Shown: piece after piece, positions 35,010 through 44,344 of the stretch
Layout: each line of letters starts with the position of its first letter
How positions within the stretch are numbered: the first letter of the stretch is position 1
Assembly (NCBI GenBank): GCA_016713425.1
Contig: JADJPE010000005.1
Coordinates: 992,111-1,056,110 of the forward strand
Source: Deltaproteobacteria bacterium
GTDB taxonomy: Bacteria > Myxococcota > Kuafuiibacteriia > Kuafuiibacteriales > Kuafuiibacteriaceae
Length of the DNA stretch: 64,000 nt
Direction of reading: 5' to 3'
Notes under the pieces: generated by a model
The model's input: only the letters and a program-made list of their open reading frames with translations
Databases searched by the model: none
Told to the model about the DNA's origin: nothing
Program-made: the position numbers and the translations under genes

Positions 35010-36536
35010 CTAGGAGGATGAACGTTGCGCGCCCTGGACTCTGGGACGCCGAATGACCGTCTTCTTGGCTTGAGTCGATCCCGACGCCGACGCCGATGTC
35101 GTCTTCGTTTTCTTCGTCGTCATGGGGCTAACGGAGCGTGTGTGCTCTGCCGGTGCGGCGGCGATCCCATCCGCCACGCGCGTGTGTGATGACGGCTTCT
35201 CTGTATCCCGAGCCTTCTCGTTCTTCTTCGACCTCTTCCGCTGGGTACGCGGCGGCAGACTGCTCGATTGCGCAGAATGGTTCGCGCAAGCCTCGCCAAG
35301 CGATGCGCCCTCAACGTCCCCAACCGCGACCGGGTCCAAGAGCGAAGGAATCTCGTCAGGCGCCACGGCCTCGTCAGGCGCCACGACCTCGTCAGCCGCC
35401 ACGACCTCGTCAGCCGCCACGACCTCGTCAGGCGCCACGACCTCGTCAGGCGCCACGACCTCGTCAGGCGCCACGACCTCGTCAGGCGCCACGACCTCGT
35501 CAGCCGCCACGACCTCGTCAGCCGCCACGACCTCGTCAGCCGCCACGACTTCGTCAGGCGCCGCGGCCTCTTCAAGACCGGCGACCACCTCGGGCGCCGG
35601 GACGCTGTCGGGTGCTGCGGCCTCAATCACGACCGCATCGACACGATCAGCGTGGGGATCCGCGTCCGCGGGCGACGGGCAAAGGAATGCGTCCGACACC
35701 TTTGTTGTGTCCGTCTCCTCGAGCGCTTCGTTTGCGGCCACCGTGCGGGTCACTCGCCCCGAACGTTTCTTCGGCCGTGTGGGGAACGCGAGGCGGGTGA
35801 AGGCTTCGTCGTAAAATATCAGGGCGGCCTCGAGCAGAAGACGGGCTTGGCGAAGAATGCGCTCAACCTCTTTCGCGCGACAGAGTAAACGCTGCCGCAA
35901 CGCCTCAGCCTCCGCGGCCGAGAGGTCGGAGCCCGCCTGCGCGGCCCTAATGGCATCTCGTTGGGCGCGAAGCTGATCGACGACCGGTTGCGCGAAAGCA
36001 TACGCGGGCTCTTCAGCGAGAAGCCGCGCAACATACCCAGTTCGCAGGCGTCGTTCGAAGTCTTCGGCGTACTCATCGAGGGCCTCGAGCCGAGCCTTGC
36101 GAAGCTGCTCGAACTTCCGGACTGGGAACAGGACCTCGGCAATCGGCGCGCGTGCGCCAAGGTGGAACGTGATCCCCGCCAGCAATCGCTCGAGCGTATC
36201 GACCCACGGAACGGCAAGACTCAGCGCATGTTCTTCGCGGGCGAACGCAAATTCGGGCAGGCCGCGCACTTCGGCGAGAAGCTCGGCGCTCTCCGCCTCG
36301 GTGCGCATCAAGATCTCGGCCGCGATGGACACGATCGCACGGGCTCGATCAGCGCCTTCGATCTCCTCCAGACGCGCATGAGCCAAGAGCGCGCGCTCGT
36401 GCGCCACACTGAGGAGCAGGATCCAGTCGTAGGCATCGAAGCAATCCATCTTCCAAGAGCGGGTTAACACGTTCAGACTCTGTGGCCATCGCCAATCGAA
36501 CGCCAAAGGCCGTGACATCCTTGACCCAAGGCGCAC
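35010..36536 (-). CDS. Hypothetical protein with an internal (DEVVAA/DEVVAP)x~14 tandem repeat and a basic K/T/S-rich C-terminus
   Basis: An alpha-helical N-domain is followed by an 18-nt coding tandem repeat at about 35350-35575 and then a Lys-rich tail. I find no known domain. Confidence 0.5.
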   Translation of the reverse strand: MRLGSRMSRPLAFDWRWPQSLNVLTRSWKMDCFDAYDWILLLSVAHERALLAHARLEEIEGADRARAIVSIAAEILMRTEAESAELLAEVRGLPEFAFAREEHALSLAVPWVDTLERLLAGITFHLGARAPIAEVLFPVRKFEQLRKARLEALDEYAEDFERRLRTGYVARLLAEEPAYAFAQPVVDQLRAQRDAIRAAQAGSDLSAAEAEALRQRLLCRAKEVERILRQARLLLEAALIFYDEAFTRLAFPTRPKKRSGRVTRTVAANEALEETDTTKVSDAFLCPSPADADPHADRVDAVVIEAAAPDSVPAPEVVAGLEEAAAPDEVVAADEVVAADEVVAADEVVAPDEVVAPDEVVAPDEVVAPDEVVAADEVVAADEVVAPDEAVAPDEIPSLLDPVAVGDVEGASLGEACANHSAQSSSLPPRTQRKRSKKNEKARDTEKPSSHTRVADGIAAAPAEHTRSVSPMTTKKTKTTSASASGSTQAKKTVIRRPRVQGAQRSSS

Positions 36537-36557
36537 CTTGCCCTCAGCTAACCAGCG

Positions 36558-37889
36558 GTGGCCACCAGCCAGTCGTTCAGATCTTTCGATCCCGATCCGT
36601 CGGCCCGTTCGTCCCCGGCCCGATTGTCCGCGGCCCGATTGTCCGCGGCCCGATTGTCCGCGGCCCGATTGTCCGCGGCCCGATTGTCCGCGGCCCGATT
36701 GTCCGCGGCCCGTTTGTCCCCGACCGCACTCTCCCTATGGGATGCCCTCAGGATCGCGGCTGTTCTCACATCGACCACCGCCACGTGGTTGTGGGTCATC
36801 GGCTGTACGGGCTGTAGCCGCGAAGAGACAGGTGAAGCCAAGCCTCAGACGAAGGGGTCAGGGACCATCACCTTTCCAGTCGACGTCGCGCCCGTAAAAA
36901 CGCAGCCCGCGGACTACCGCATCGAGGCGGTCGGAACCATCGAGGCTTTCGAAGAGGTGCAGGTCACCTCACGGGTGGGTGGCGTCGTGGAACGGGTTGC
37001 TTTTGCGGAAGGCGACAGCGTTCAGGAGGGCAACCGACTCGTGTTCATCGAGCCGAAGCGCTATCGGCTCGCGGTCGAAGCCGCGCGCGCGACGTTGGCG
37101 CGGGCGCAAGCCGAGAAGGCGAGCGCGGAGCTTGCGCTCAAGCGTCGGGTCGACGCCAACGCCAAGAGCCCGGGGCTCGTGCGGAACGAAGACATCGACC
37201 AGGCCCGCGCACGCTTCGACATTGCGAGCGCGGCGGAGGCTGAGGCCCGCTCGGCCGCGAGTCTGGCGGAGCTCAATCTCCGCGACGCATACGTCCAGGC
37301 ACCGGTGTCGGGAACGATCGACACCCGCATCGTCTCCACCGGGCAATACGTTCAGCCCGGCACGAAGCTCGCTACGATCGTCCGGCGCGAACCACTCTTG
37401 TTTCGGTTCAGGGTCTCCGAGGCCGAAGCGGAGCGTCTGTCGGTTGGTGTGCCTCTCACCTTCGCGGTGCGTGGACAATCTGGCACGTTCGATGCGCGCA
37501 TCACCCACGTGGCCGAAACCGCCGACTCGACCTCCCGCATGGTCGCGATCACCTCCGAAGTCACCGACAAGCGACGCGACGTCCTGAGACCCGGCTCGTT
37601 TGCCCAAGCCACCGTCGAGGTCGGCGGCGAGCGGGAAGTACTCGTCATCAGCGAGACCGCCGTACGCCCGACAGAGCGCGGCTTCTTGGTTTTCGTCGTC
37701 GAAGGCGAGCGTGCGCGAGCCCAAGTCGTGGAGCTGGGGCTTCGAACGGCGAACGGCATGATCGAGGTTCGGACGGGTCTTCATGTGGATGACATGATCG
37801 TCGTGCGGGGTGGCGAAGCGCTTCGCGAAGGTGCAAAGGTGCGCATCACAGAGCCAGGGACGGGCGTCCGGAAAGACGGCGCCTCTTGA
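36558..37889 (+). CDS. Efflux RND periplasmic adaptor subunit (membrane fusion protein)
   Basis: A lipoprotein-type signal LWVIGCTGC follows the repeat tract. The region YRIEAVGTIEAFEEVQVTSRVGGVV...GDSVQEGNRLVFIE carries a biotinyl/lipoyl-like motif, followed by a coiled-coil hairpin, beta-barrel and MP domains. The true start may be one of the in-frame TTG codons inside the 15-nt repeat. The stop overlaps the permease start (ATGA). Confidence 0.8.
   Translation: MATSQSFRSFDPDPSARSSPARLSAARLSAARLSAARLSAARLSAARLSAARLSPTALSLWDALRIAAVLTSTTATWLWVIGCTGCSREETGEAKPQTKGSGTITFPVDVAPVKTQPADYRIEAVGTIEAFEEVQVTSRVGGVVERVAFAEGDSVQEGNRLVFIEPKRYRLAVEAARATLARAQAEKASAELALKRRVDANAKSPGLVRNEDIDQARARFDIASAAEAEARSAASLAELNLRDAYVQAPVSGTIDTRIVSTGQYVQPGTKLATIVRREPLLFRFRVSEAEAERLSVGVPLTFAVRGQSGTFDARITHVAETADSTSRMVAITSEVTDKRRDVLRPGSFAQATVEVGGEREVLVISETAVRPTERGFLVFVVEGERARAQVVELGLRTANGMIEVRTGLHVDDMIVVRGGEALREGAKVRITEPGTGVRKDGAS
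36601..36735. repeat. 15-nt tandem repeat (cggcccgattgtccg), 6 perfect plus 2-3 variant units, in the leader/5' coding region of the RND adaptor gene
   Basis: Read directly from 36601 to 36735. In the adaptor-gene frame it encodes (ARLSA)n. The unit length is a multiple of 3. Confidence 0.9.
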
Positions 37890-40800
37890 ACTTGACCGAG
37901 GTCTCGATCCGGAAGCCGGTCTTGGCTTGGATGATCATGCTCGCCGCGATCGTCTTCGGGCTGGTCGCAGGGCGACGCATCGGCATCTCGCAGTTTCCGG
38001 ACGTCGACTTCCCGACCGTGAATGTCCGGGTAAGCTGGGAAGGCGCGGCCCCCGAAGTGATGGAGGCCGACGTCGTCGAGATCATCGAAGAGAGTCTGGT
38101 CCAGGTCGAAGGCATTCGCTCGATCACATCGAATGTTCGCCAAGGACAAGCCAACATCACGCTCGAGCTCGAGCTCTCGCGCGACGTCGATCTGGCGGTG
38201 CAGGAGGTGCAGTCGTTCATCGCTCAGGCAAATCGCTTGCTCCCGAGTGATCTCGATCCTCCGGTCGTCTCGAAGACCAACCCCGAAGATCAGCCGATCA
38301 TGTGGATCGGGGTTTCGGGCCCGTACTCCCGTCAGTTCCTGAGCGAGTTTGCGCGCTATCGCCTGAAGGAGCGGCTTCAGACAGTGCCCGGCGTCGGCGA
38401 GATCTTTCTCGGCGGATACCTGGAGCGAAACGTACGCATTTGGGTCGACGCCGACCGTCTGGAGGCACGGAAGCTCACCGTCACCGACATCGCGAGCGCG
38501 CTACGACGCGAGCACGTAGAGCTCCCCGCGGGGCGAATCGAAACCGCCGGGCGCGAGCTGACCGTGCGCGTTCTCGGGGAGGCGATCGATCTCGAGAGCC
38601 TGCGAAAACTCGTCATCCGCGAGGTGGACGGAGCCCCCACCTATCTTTCGGACGTCGCGCTGGTCGAAGACGGCTTCGAGGATGTCCGACGTCTCGGACG
38701 CATCAACGGCGAGCCGGCTCAAGGGCTGGGCGTACGAAAGCAAAGAGGCGCCAATGCGGTCGCGGTCGCGCGTGGCGTCCGGCAGGTGATTCAGGACCTC
38801 GAGAGCACCGGCCCCGAGGGGTTGCGCGTCGGCGTCAACTTCGATGGCACTCAGTTCATCGAAGAGTCGGTGCATGAGATCCAGTTCGAGCTCGTCTTGT
38901 CCGTGTTGCTCACCGCGCTCGTGTGCTGGGTGTTCCTGGGTTCACTCTCGAGCACGCTCAACGTCGTGCTTGCGATCCCGATGTCGCTTCTCGGAACGGT
39001 GGCCATCATCTATTTCCTCGGCTACACGCTCAACACCTTCACTCTCTTGGCTCTTGGTTTGGCGGTCGGCATCGTCGTCGACGATGCCATCATGGTGCTC
39101 GAGAACATCTACCGTCACTCGGAGATGGGCAAAGAGCGACGACTTGCGGCCTGGGAGGGCACGAAGGAGATCACGTTCGCAGCGCTCGCATCGACGGTCG
39201 CCATCGTCGCAATCTTCATCCCGGTCATATTCATGGACGGCGTCGTAGGGCGCTACTTCCTCCAGTTTGGGGTCGCTTTGAGTCTCGCCGTGATTCTGTC
39301 TTATCTCGAAGCGATCACGCTCGCCCCCTCTCGATGTGCACAACTTCTCGACACCTCTCATCAACGAACGACCGCCGTGGGCAGGATCGTCGACCGAGGT
39401 CTGGGTTGGCTTTCCGATCTCTACGCTCGCTGGCTGGCGATCGCCCTTCGGGCGCCAGGCGCAGTCACCTTCCTGGCTCTGATACTCTTCATCGGGTCGG
39501 TCTTCGTGCTGCGCGCGCTTCCGATGGAGTTCACACCGTCGCAAGATCAGAGTCGACTCATGATTCGAACGCAGACGGCCGTTGGTTCGAACCTCGAGGA
39601 GACGGATCGGATCTTCCGCGAAGCCGAAGCCTTCATCAATCAGCGCCCCGAAGTCGATCGCACGATGGCCATCGTCGGTGGTTTTGGGGGCGGGGACGTA
39701 AACAGCGGCACGATCTTCTTGACGATGGTCCCGCCCGAGCAGCGAATGTCACAGGCCGAGTTTGCCGCGATGGCTCGAAAGGCGCTCAACCAGATTCCTG
39801 GTCTCCGCGCGGTGGTCATAGACCTCTCCCAGCAAGGATTCACGGCAAGACGTGGCTTCCCAGTCGAGTTCTCGGTACGAGGGTCCAACTGGAACGAGCT
39901 TATCGCGGCCTCGGACATCATGCGGCAGCAGCTCGCTGCATCAGGTGTGGTGGTCGACGTCGACACCGACTATGAACTCGGTCTCCCAGAGCTTAGGATC
40001 GAGCCGGACCGAGCCCGTGCCGCCAACATGGGCATTTCGATCGAGGATGTCGCGACGACGATCAACGCGCTTATTGGTGGCGTGCGGGTCGGCAAGTACA
40101 ACACCGGGGGAAGGCGGATCGATGTTCGTCTTCGACTTCTTGCATCGCAGCGCGCCCGCCCCAGCGACATAGGGCGCCTCAAAGTCCGGGCACGCGACAA
40201 CCTCCTCGTGCCACTCTCGATCCTGACGACATTTTCCGAGCGTCCCGCGCTCCAGTCGATCACGCGGCAGGATCGAGAGCGCGCGATCTCGATCTTCGCC
40301 AACGTCGCGCCGGGTCACGCGCAGGACGAAGCGCTCCGCAAAGTCGAAGAGCTCGCGGCTGGGCTCCCGGCGGGTGTTCACGTCGTCCTCGGCGGCGCGA
40401 GCGTTGCTTTCCGAGAGTCCATGCTAAGTTTGGCGTTCGCCTTCGCGATGGGCATCTTGGTCGCCTACATGGTGCTCGCGGCTCAGTTCAACTCGTTCCT
40501 TCATCCCGTCACGGTGCTCACCATCCTTCCGCTTTCGGTGGCAGGCGCCGCTGGTGCACTTCTGCTGACCGGCGAGTCTCTCAACATGTTCAGCATGATC
40601 GGGCTCCTGCTCTTGATGGGGCTGGTGAAGAAGAACTCGATCATCCTTGTCGACTACGCCAACCAGCTTCGTGAGACCGGGCTCTCGCCTCACGACGCTG
40701 TCCTTCGGGCCGGTCCGCTCCGACTGCGCCCCATCCTGATGACCACGACCGCCACCATGTGCGCGGCGCTTCCGATCGCGCTCGGGCTCGGCCCCGGATC

Positions 40801-40960
40801 CGAGATTCGCACGCCGATGGCCTACGCGATCTTGGGCGGAATGCTGGTCTCCACGCCGCTAAGTCTTTTCGTGGTGCCCTGCTTCTATTTGCTGGCAAGC
40901 CGTCTGAAGGCATCACGCGGTCGGGCGCGTGTGATGGGTTCTCTCAACTCGGTCGACTGA
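37886..40960 (+). CDS. Efflux RND transporter permease subunit (AcrB/HAE family)
   Basis: A 1024-aa protein. The N-terminus MNLTEVSIRKPVLAWMIMLAAIVFGLVAG is AcrB-like, and the layout of 12 TM helices plus two large periplasmic loops is conserved. Confidence 0.9.
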   Translation: MNLTEVSIRKPVLAWMIMLAAIVFGLVAGRRIGISQFPDVDFPTVNVRVSWEGAAPEVMEADVVEIIEESLVQVEGIRSITSNVRQGQANITLELELSRDVDLAVQEVQSFIAQANRLLPSDLDPPVVSKTNPEDQPIMWIGVSGPYSRQFLSEFARYRLKERLQTVPGVGEIFLGGYLERNVRIWVDADRLEARKLTVTDIASALRREHVELPAGRIETAGRELTVRVLGEAIDLESLRKLVIREVDGAPTYLSDVALVEDGFEDVRRLGRINGEPAQGLGVRKQRGANAVAVARGVRQVIQDLESTGPEGLRVGVNFDGTQFIEESVHEIQFELVLSVLLTALVCWVFLGSLSSTLNVVLAIPMSLLGTVAIIYFLGYTLNTFTLLALGLAVGIVVDDAIMVLENIYRHSEMGKERRLAAWEGTKEITFAALASTVAIVAIFIPVIFMDGVVGRYFLQFGVALSLAVILSYLEAITLAPSRCAQLLDTSHQRTTAVGRIVDRGLGWLSDLYARWLAIALRAPGAVTFLALILFIGSVFVLRALPMEFTPSQDQSRLMIRTQTAVGSNLEETDRIFREAEAFINQRPEVDRTMAIVGGFGGGDVNSGTIFLTMVPPEQRMSQAEFAAMARKALNQIPGLRAVVIDLSQQGFTARRGFPVEFSVRGSNWNELIAASDIMRQQLAASGVVVDVDTDYELGLPELRIEPDRARAANMGISIEDVATTINALIGGVRVGKYNTGGRRIDVRLRLLASQRARPSDIGRLKVRARDNLLVPLSILTTFSERPALQSITRQDRERAISIFANVAPGHAQDEALRKVEELAAGLPAGVHVVLGGASVAFRESMLSLAFAFAMGILVAYMVLAAQFNSFLHPVTVLTILPLSVAGAAGALLLTGESLNMFSMIGLLLLMGLVKKNSIILVDYANQLRETGLSPHDAVLRAGPLRLRPILMTTTATMCAALPIALGLGPGSEIRTPMAYAILGGMLVSTPLSLFVVPCFYLLASRLKASRGRARVMGSLNSVD

Positions 40961-41275
40961 CCCGGTCACATCGTGACCGCGACGGCACGACGCATCAGAC
41001 ATCGACTTACATTTAGGGTGAGCAACCGTATCAGACACCTCATCCTTCAGGCTGCGGCCTGGCGGTCACACTCGAGCCGCGGGTGGCTGCAACTGCGCGG
41101 AGATCTTTACTCATTACCGGCCGGTCAACATGTGGTCAAAGAGCCACACGTGAGAAACCGCACGGTTCCGCGCTCAAACCGTTCGGTTTCTAAGGATTCC
41201 CCGGTGTCGCCCCTGGAGACAATTCTCATTGGCCAAACCGAATGGCACCATGATTGCTATCCAGCGGGCGCAACA

Positions 41276-42730
41276 ATGAGGCAACACCAGCCAGAACGCC
41301 GACGCGAGGCGAGGTTCGGCGGCCCGTTCGCATGCGTGGCGCGGATCCTGATCGCAGCAAGCCTCGCCGTGTTCGGCCTGACCGGAGCACCCAGAGCGGC
41401 GTCTGCGTCCAAGCAAGAAACACGAGCACACGAGCGATCGAAGCGGAGCAACACGCGTCTTCGAGCTGACAAGCGGAGCGCATCGCGGCGAACCAAGGCA
41501 AAAGCGAAGTCGAAGGTAGCGCGCGCGTCGGAGCCCGTTTCGACGGTGGTCGTGACCTTGGACCGCGGGCGAAGCTTTGAGCGAAGCCTAACGGACCACG
41601 GGGTGGGCGCGAAGGATGCGGCTCAGCTCGCGCGCGTCGCTCGTCGCATTGGCGCGCGCGAATCACTTCGTCGAGGCGCGGTCTACGAAATGGAGCTCAC
41701 GGCGAACGGCCGTCTCTTGTCGTTTACCCATCACACCTATCCGGGGATCATTTATCGCGTGGTCCGACGAGGCCAGAAGCTCAAGGCGGAAACGACGCGC
41801 GTCGAACCGCGACATCGCGTCGTGCGGATCTCGGGATCGATCGGCGGGTCCTTCGTGAGCTCACTCGAGCGACTTGGCGGCGATCCAGCGCTCGCGTTCA
41901 TGATTTCTGAGCTGTTCTCTCGTGACGCCGATCTGCTCAAGAAGGCCACGCGCGGGGATCGGATCGACCTCCTCGTTGAACGCATCGAAGCGGGGCCCGA
42001 CCTGCTCGGTTACGGCCACGTACTTGCTGCACGCTATGAGCGCACAGACGGACGCACCTTGTTCGCGTTCCACCACATCACTGAGGATGGCTCCGAAGGT
42101 TATTTCGACGAACTTGGGCGCCCCCTCGCCGGACACCGCTTTCAAGTGCCGGTCGCGAAGGCCCACGTCACAAGCGTCTTTGGAAGCCGGCTGCACCCAA
42201 TTCTCCGCCGGCCGCGACCACACTGGGGCATCGATTTTGCGGCAGCAACGGGAACGCCCATCCATGCAGTCGCGGCCGGGGTCGTCGAGTACGCGCAGTG
42301 GCATCGCCAACTAGGACGCGTCGTCGTCATCCGACATGCGAACGGCGTCGAGACCAAGTACGCGCACATGTCCTATTTCGCGCCAGGGATTCGGAAGGGG
42401 AAACGGATCGGCCGTGGCACCCGAATCGGGGGCGTGGGCGCAACGGGCCTCGCCACCGGCGCTCATCTTCACCTCGAGGCGAAAATCAACGGTCGCCTCA
42501 TCGACCCGGCAACTCTGATCCTTCCTGAGCCGCCCTCGCTCTCTGATACAGAGCTCAGCATGCTGCGAGGTCGAGTTCTGGACACCTGGGAAGAGCTCGA
42601 GTCGGCGCGTTTCCAGTCCTCCGGCGGGTCGTTGATTGGTGACGGCAACACACTCGACCTCAACCTTCCGAACCTCGCGATCGTCGATCCGGAGCAGCTC
42701 CTGCTCGTAGACGATGGCGTCCGCTCCTAG
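41276..42730 (+). CDS. M23 family metallopeptidase (LytM-like peptidoglycan endopeptidase)
   Basis: An ATG at 41276 precedes the signal MRQHQPERRREARFGGPFACVARILIAASLAVFGLTGAPRAASA. The C-terminal M23 motifs are HWGIDFAAATGTPIHAVAAG..V.........G..VVIRHANGVETKYAHM and TGLATGAHLHLE. Confidence 0.8.
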   Translation: MRQHQPERRREARFGGPFACVARILIAASLAVFGLTGAPRAASASKQETRAHERSKRSNTRLRADKRSASRRTKAKAKSKVARASEPVSTVVVTLDRGRSFERSLTDHGVGAKDAAQLARVARRIGARESLRRGAVYEMELTANGRLLSFTHHTYPGIIYRVVRRGQKLKAETTRVEPRHRVVRISGSIGGSFVSSLERLGGDPALAFMISELFSRDADLLKKATRGDRIDLLVERIEAGPDLLGYGHVLAARYERTDGRTLFAFHHITEDGSEGYFDELGRPLAGHRFQVPVAKAHVTSVFGSRLHPILRRPRPHWGIDFAAATGTPIHAVAAGVVEYAQWHRQLGRVVVIRHANGVETKYAHMSYFAPGIRKGKRIGRGTRIGGVGATGLATGAHLHLEAKINGRLIDPATLILPEPPSLSDTELSMLRGRVLDTWEELESARFQSSGGSLIGDGNTLDLNLPNLAIVDPEQLLLVDDGVRS

Positions 42731-42851
42731 CCCTCCCTCGCTCCTAGCCCGCCGGCGCTCCTAGCCCACCCTCGCTCCTAGCCCGCCCTCGCTCCTTGGC
42801 CCGCTGGCGCTCCTAGCCCGCCGGCGCTCCTAGCCCACCGGCGCTCGCCAG
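42723..42851. repeat. Intergenic 17-nt tandem repeat (gctcctagcccgccggc and variants), 7 units
   Basis: The units run from 42723 to 42842 with a partial unit to 42851. Each unit contains CTAG. The first unit contains the TAG stop of the M23 peptidase gene. The array ends 2 nt before the TTG start of the Hsp70-like gene. Confidence 0.9.
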
Positions 42852-42852
42852 T

Positions 42853-44214
42853 TTGTCCTCGACACTGGAGCTAGGCTTTGGCAGACCAGCTCACTTGCAG
42901 TCCGCGAAATCCTTTGGAATCGATTTTGGCACGAGCAATTCGGCGCTGGCGGTGGCCGATGCGGACGGCGCTGTGAGACTCGCCCGCTTCGAGATCCCAA
43001 CGACCGTTCCGTTGTCGACGACGAATCAGTCACGCTTGGCCTCCACCTGCCCGTCGGTGTTGTTCGCTTCGACGCGACGCGCTCAGATCTCAGCCGGATA
43101 CGACGCCATCTCGCACTACATCGAGACCGCTCGCGACGGGCGTTTCATCCAGTCGATGAAGGCGTTCTTGCCCAAGTCGAACTTCACCGGGACGAGCATC
43201 GGGGGACGCGTGCTTCGTTTGGAAGATCTTGTCGCCGAATTCTTGGACCGATTGATTCGAGACGCAAAGAAGTCGCTCGGGGTCGAGCTCGACGGCTTGG
43301 TCACCTTCGGACGGCCCGCGCGCTTCTCGAACGATCCGGAAGAAGAGGCGCTCGCCGAAACCCGATTCCGAGCCGCGATCGAGGCCGTCGGCGTTCGAGA
43401 CTATTCGCTCCTTCGCGAGCCCACCGCCGCCGCCTTGGCCTATGAGTCCGAGCTCACCACCGAGGAAACAGTCTTCGTTGTCGACTTAGGCGGTGGAACG
43501 TCCGACTTCACGCTCATGCGCCTCGGCCCGAGGTATCGGTCGAAAAGGGACGACGCCAGCCGCGTCCTGGCAACGGGCGGCATCTCGGTAGCGGGCGATG
43601 CGTTCGACGGGCAAATCGTCGAAGCTTGCTTGTTCGAGCCGCTGGGCTACGGCAGCCAGTACCGGGCGTTCACGAGCCTCACGCGCGTGCCGCACTGGAT
43701 CTTTCACAAGCTCAAACGCTGGAACCACGTGAGCTTTCTCAAGGAACGAACATACCTGGAGTTCTTGCGCAACGTGGAGCGAACGTCCGATGCACCGGAA
43801 GCCATCGCGGCGCTCCTTCAGGTCGTCGAGGACGACCTTGGCTACGTATTGTTTCGCGCCGTCGAGCGATCGAAACGCGGCCTTCAGCACGAGAGCGAAG
43901 ACGAGAGCGAGATTTTCGATGAAGATCTGCCCGTCGGCGCGGCGCTCACCCGCAAGGCCTTCCGCGAAGCCACGCAGGACCTACGCGACAACATTGAAGC
44001 AACGGCGCTCGAAGTTCTGGCCAGCGGACAGGTTCAGCCGGCCGAAGTCGACGCCGTCTTCATGACCGGAGGGACGAGTCTCCTCCCCGAGATCCAAAAC
44101 ACCTTTCGCGCCCTCTTCGGTCCCGAAAAGATCCGGGTGCGGGACATGTTCACCAGCGTAGTTCAGGGACTGGCGAGCAGCGGTCATGCACAAAGATCGC
44201 GCTCGAATTTGTGA
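42853..44214 (+). CDS. Hsp70 family protein, YegD-like putative chaperone
   Basis: FGIDFGTSNSALAV is the phosphate-1 motif, VVDLGGGTSDFTLM matches the Hsp70 signature, and FMTGGTSLLPEIQ is present. It has a TTG start. Confidence 0.8.
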   Translation: MSSTLELGFGRPAHLQSAKSFGIDFGTSNSALAVADADGAVRLARFEIPTTVPLSTTNQSRLASTCPSVLFASTRRAQISAGYDAISHYIETARDGRFIQSMKAFLPKSNFTGTSIGGRVLRLEDLVAEFLDRLIRDAKKSLGVELDGLVTFGRPARFSNDPEEEALAETRFRAAIEAVGVRDYSLLREPTAAALAYESELTTEETVFVVDLGGGTSDFTLMRLGPRYRSKRDDASRVLATGGISVAGDAFDGQIVEACLFEPLGYGSQYRAFTSLTRVPHWIFHKLKRWNHVSFLKERTYLEFLRNVERTSDAPEAIAALLQVVEDDLGYVLFRAVERSKRGLQHESEDESEIFDEDLPVGAALTRKAFREATQDLRDNIEATALEVLASGQVQPAEVDAVFMTGGTSLLPEIQNTFRALFGPEKIRVRDMFTSVVQGLASSGHAQRSRSNL

Positions 44215-44344
44215 CAGACGCGAGGGCGTCCAAACCTGGCACACTTGCGAAACGAGAAATATCGGCGGCACGCGCTAAAAGTCAGTCATTTCGGCACATC
44301 GATGCCTCGATGTACGAGCGCCAACCTCTGTAAAATGCCAAGGA

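Noticed and set aside
36482-36897. ORFs translating the 15-nt repeat in the other frames ((GPIVR)n, (PRPDC)n, and antisense (RAADN)n).
   Set aside because: These are frame artefacts of the tandem repeat. Only the frame continuing into the RND adaptor protein is supported downstream.
42723-42851. CRISPR array interpretation of the 17-nt tandem repeats. The same question applies to 36601-36735 and 58102-58174.
   Set aside because: The units are contiguous with no intervening unique spacers. The unit length of 15-17 nt is far below CRISPR repeat size. No cas genes are in the window.
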